Positions 60,397 through 64,000 of a stretch of 64,000 bases of DNA are shown here, piece by piece. A program made the translations under genes and the position numbers. Within the stretch, counting starts at the first letter, position 1; every line of letters starts with the position of its first letter. The notes below the pieces were generated by a model. The model had not been told where the DNA came from, did not search any database, and saw nothing but the letters and a program-made list of their open reading frames with translations. Source of the stretch: Atractiella rhizophila (Eukaryota); NCBI GenBank assembly GCA_021432655.1, contig MU271253.1, positions 1-64,000 of the forward strand, given 5' to 3'.

Positions 60397-61189
60397 ATGA
60401 CTTCCGAAGAAGAGGAAAGGACTCCCGAGGTGCAGGAGAAGAAAAAGAAATCGCGGTCTTCCCGTAGCGCGCTCAGCTGCAACTTCTGCCGTCGGTTCAT
60501 TTCCTCGTTGTCGTTGTGTCAAGTTTCAAGAGACTCAAATACGCCTCATCTTAGGACACCGACGGGTACGGTGCGATAGAGAGATGCAATGCAGTTCTTG
60601 CACCAAAAGAGGAAGGCAGTGTGAGTGGGCAGAAGGAGTCATACCGTGAGTGCCTTCAACTTATAACATGGACGCTCAATGACTTTTCGGACCCAGAACT
60701 GGTACATTTCTTAAACGGGACATACAGAATCTCAAAGACGAAGTCCAGCGTTTAAAGGACGTCCTCCACGAACGTGAAGCTGAGGTCGCTAAATATCGAG
60801 AGCTTGAAGGCGATCTTGATGCTTTAACACCAACCAGTTCTCAATCGTCCCTCGCTAAGGAACCAGCTCTTATTGAGGAAGGATCATCCCCTTCTTCCGA
60901 CATCACACAACCTCTTGCTCAACGTCATCTCGCATCGCCGTCTACTGGCCACCCCAATCCAGATTTCGCTCATCTCTCGACAACAAATCGTCCAACATTA
61001 TCGGAGCACACTCTTTCGCCTCCTTCGGTCGCACAGACATTGCTATCCCCGTCTAATTGGCCTCTGGATGATCTTGAGGTCGATGTGGGAGAAGACGCAA
61101 GTCTCAGAGATTTTTTTCACACAATATTTTCAGGAGTGGGAGATGGACAGCGACCCTCAACTAGCTTTCAGGAACTCATGAGAAAATAA
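60397..61189 (+). CDS. Short Zn(II)2Cys6 transcription factor with coiled coil (family member 3)
   Basis: RSSRSALSCNFCR|HRRVRCDREMQCSSCTKRGRQCEWAEGVIP|TGTFLKRDIQNLKDEVQRLKDVLHEREAEVAKYR...LRDFFHTIFS. Same intron positions as member 2. Confidence 0.9.
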
Positions 61190-61906
61190 TCCATTCTGTA
61201 TTCATTCGTTGTTGTAGCAATGCAACGGGTTCGAGAGCAGGAATGAACCCATGTTTCGGAACCTACTAATGTTCTAAGCTGCTCAGAGATTACATGTTCA
61301 AAACACTGAGCTGGGGACCCAACAGGATTTCAAGAAGCGACAGCCTGAGGTGGTGATTACTAGAGTGATGCCTACTGAGTGTTGGTCTTTCTTCTCCTTT
61401 CCTGCCTTCTAACGATCAGCAAACACGAGCCCCTCTTGCGATCGTAAACACAAAACTCAATGTAAACCAGATCGCTACTACCCGGTCACTGGCAATGACC
61501 ATCACCCAGTAAACTACGAGTGATCAAACGCACAACAGAACAATTTGTTGCTAGTTCGTAAGTAAACCAGGCGTCGGAAAATTATCACAGAGAGTGCAAC
61601 ATTACTACCTTTGAGGACTCCGTGAACATTTCAAGTTGTCATATTCTAGGAAACGGCTGGGTCGGAGCATCTTATATTTGGAGTCGTCTAGACCATTAAA
61701 ATTCTTCCAAACTCTCTACTCCGTTGCAAATTCCGAACTGTTTCCCGGAATTACAATGCAGGTGATGTTCACATCAAACTTGCTACGAAGAGTTTCAGGC
61801 ACCGCCAAATGAGAGGGAAGCCAATCTATGACAGTCGTCAAAAATAAATCTGAGTCAAATGCTCGGTTTTATTCAGAGAAAGAACACACATGCATAATGC
61901 TCTCAA

Positions 61907-64000
61907 TCAATGACCGACTTGTATGTCTAAGTCGTATTGGCTGTCATTCTGATCTTTGTTCATCATCGGTCGCCGTTCGAAGTCCGCCTTCTTGTATCGA
62001 CGATTGACGAGCAACAAAAGAATATGTTCTCCTGCGACTACCAACGCATAGACCACAAGAACCAGCGGTACTGATACATGAGTTAGCCATGCCCAAGCTC
62101 AGTGGACAAAGAACGCACTGAGCCAATTAGCATTCCACAGCTTGTATGGAATGAGGTCACTGCCATCCAACCTTAGGCGTTGATTTCCAATACTGAAAAG
62201 CGCAAAAAGGAGCATTATGACCCCGACAGAAGTGACGATGCCTATTGATACCCATCCCCACACGTCACTAGGTAGTCGAGCGTTCAACCGCAACGCAGCA
62301 ACACAAACCAAGAACCCGCCGGCAACAGGGAGTAGGAAAAGTGTCGGCTTGGCACTTTCGGTTAGTACGTCTAAGAGAAATTCTTGAACAATATCTGTCT
62401 CGGTAGCAACCATCAGGCTTGGGCTCAGGAATGAGATAAAATGTAGGCTTGCCAGTAGTCAAAGTAGGAATGTTGTTAAGGATGCTTCGCTGTTCGAAAA
62501 GTAGTTCGTCGTCCAAGTTAACCTTGAAGGATTCGAACGCTGGGACAATAATTGCAAGCAGAAACTTGAAAATTTCGCTTTCAAGTGCGGTGGCGGCCAC
62601 CGTTGCATCTCCAGTGGTGGCAAGCGTGTCGTAAAACGTTGCATTCCAGGAATCCAACTAAAATGGGTCAGAAGTCCTGTGTTCTGTACAACCGGTGAAA
62701 CTTACGGACGCTTTCCTGTGGGATCAACATTAGCAAGAAGGCATTGTAATATTTGACAAACCAATGTACCAACTGAACTTGTAATCCGCGAGTTGTTGAA
62801 TGATATCTTGATTATCCCCACTGCCCAAATCGAAGGATTGTGGATCCGTAATAAAGATGTTTCCTTGTTCCCCAATTTTTGTGAACAAGTCATCAAGGAG
62901 ACGTGCAACGTTCTATTCCTTAGCGTTACACAGCAAGGACAGTCGAAGTGAAATAGAACGTACAACTGCATTGAGCGAGCTCTGTATGGCTCTGAAACTG
63001 AATTACTTATCAGGTCGGGAAATTGCGTGAAAATAACTGACTAACAGGAAGACAATCGATATCTGTACGAAAAAATGCGCATATACCCACCAGATGGTTC
63101 GCAAGCGACCAGTCTGGATTTTCCGACCAAAGCCATCAAAGTAAATTGCCCTAACTCAGCATCTCACTTTCCCTGGAAGTAGTGCTTAGACATAGACGCA
63201 CCATACGCAGTACACGATGAGAAAAGAGCAAAGAAGCTGTTTTCCTGATATGGCTCCAAGCGATGGAAAATATCAATCGTTACTCACCTGGATGAAAGAT
63301 GAGGCGTCATAAGCTCCGCCACTCACGAGCAACTGAGCGACGCCAACGAGAGAGATCACAGATTCACCTGGGTCCGCAGATGAATCCCACCTTTACATAT
63401 TTTATGTGTAAGGGTGCTCCTCACCGAGAACAATTAGGGTAAAAAGGCCAATTCGCTCTCCTAGCCCTGTGTGCCGAAACCGAATATAGCCTCTGATCTG
63501 TGTTGCTATTACCTCAAATGCCATCTCAATGCCAATTCCGCCGAACCAGAGCGCTAATCGCCAGACCGCAAAGCTTTTGCTTCTTGGCTCCTTCGTCAGG
63601 AGAATGTATCCCGCAATCCAGCAACAGAGGGAGATTGTAGATGAAATAGCTGGGAGGAATGCTGCTTTCTGGATGTGCGGTGCGGCTCTGTGGACGTAAA
63701 ACTGCACTGGAAGTAGAGGTCGGTAAGAAAGATTACCAGCAGAATCTCGGAATCATACGACGCAGGTATTGTAAGATGAGCACGACGCGGGAGATAATAT
63801 AGACCACAGCCAGTGCCTGAAGTGCTCTTTTGGCATCAGCATAGTTTCCAGCGACTTCTGCTTGAGCTTCTTGCAAGCTTTCCCATCCAGAGGCTGAGAT
63901 CTCTTCCGGGGTTACACCCTGTATTGCCGTCAACAGACAGCACTAAGATAAGATAGGGCAACCGACTGAGAAGAAGGGGAATGTCAAGTCGATATTACCT
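61907..64000 (-). CDS. LtrA-family multipass membrane protein, paralog 2 (5' part outside the window)
   Basis: LGERIGLFTLIVLG|ESVISL, QFYVHRAAPHIQKA and LFLLPVAGGFL. Matches 33760-36602 exon by exon. Confidence 0.88.

Overview
Eukaryotic, intron-rich fungal DNA with short (~45-65 nt) GT/GC-AG introns. The gene content points to a basidiomycete, possibly Pucciniomycotina (inference). Recognisable genes: a secreted cutinase of the CLE/PaE type, an F-box/LRR-like gene with a decayed tandem paralog, a furin-like Cys-rich type I membrane protein, a Sulfotransfer_4-type P-loop protein divergent from a full ABCC/MRP transporter, KRI1, a multi-C2H2 zinc-finger gene, a GNAT acetyltransferase, and a large RIM15/Cek1-type PAS-kinase-receiver gene. 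Three small families recur in the window: three miniature Zn(II)2Cys6 + coiled-coil proteins sharing a C-terminal DF[FL][HN]T[IL] motif, two LtrA-family membrane proteins, and two small DUF6593/tubby-like proteins with a shared upstream ATGACATCAT. There is also a probable LTR remnant with a polypurine tract, a MITE-like element and a 1.5-kb tandem duplication joined by a 45-nt A run. Several near-exact tandem duplications (96, ~102, 852, ~870 nt), an N gap and homopolymer errors indicate draft-assembly artefacts. No rRNA, tRNA or CRISPR array was recognised. Gene models were spliced by eye, so ends are approximate where stated.
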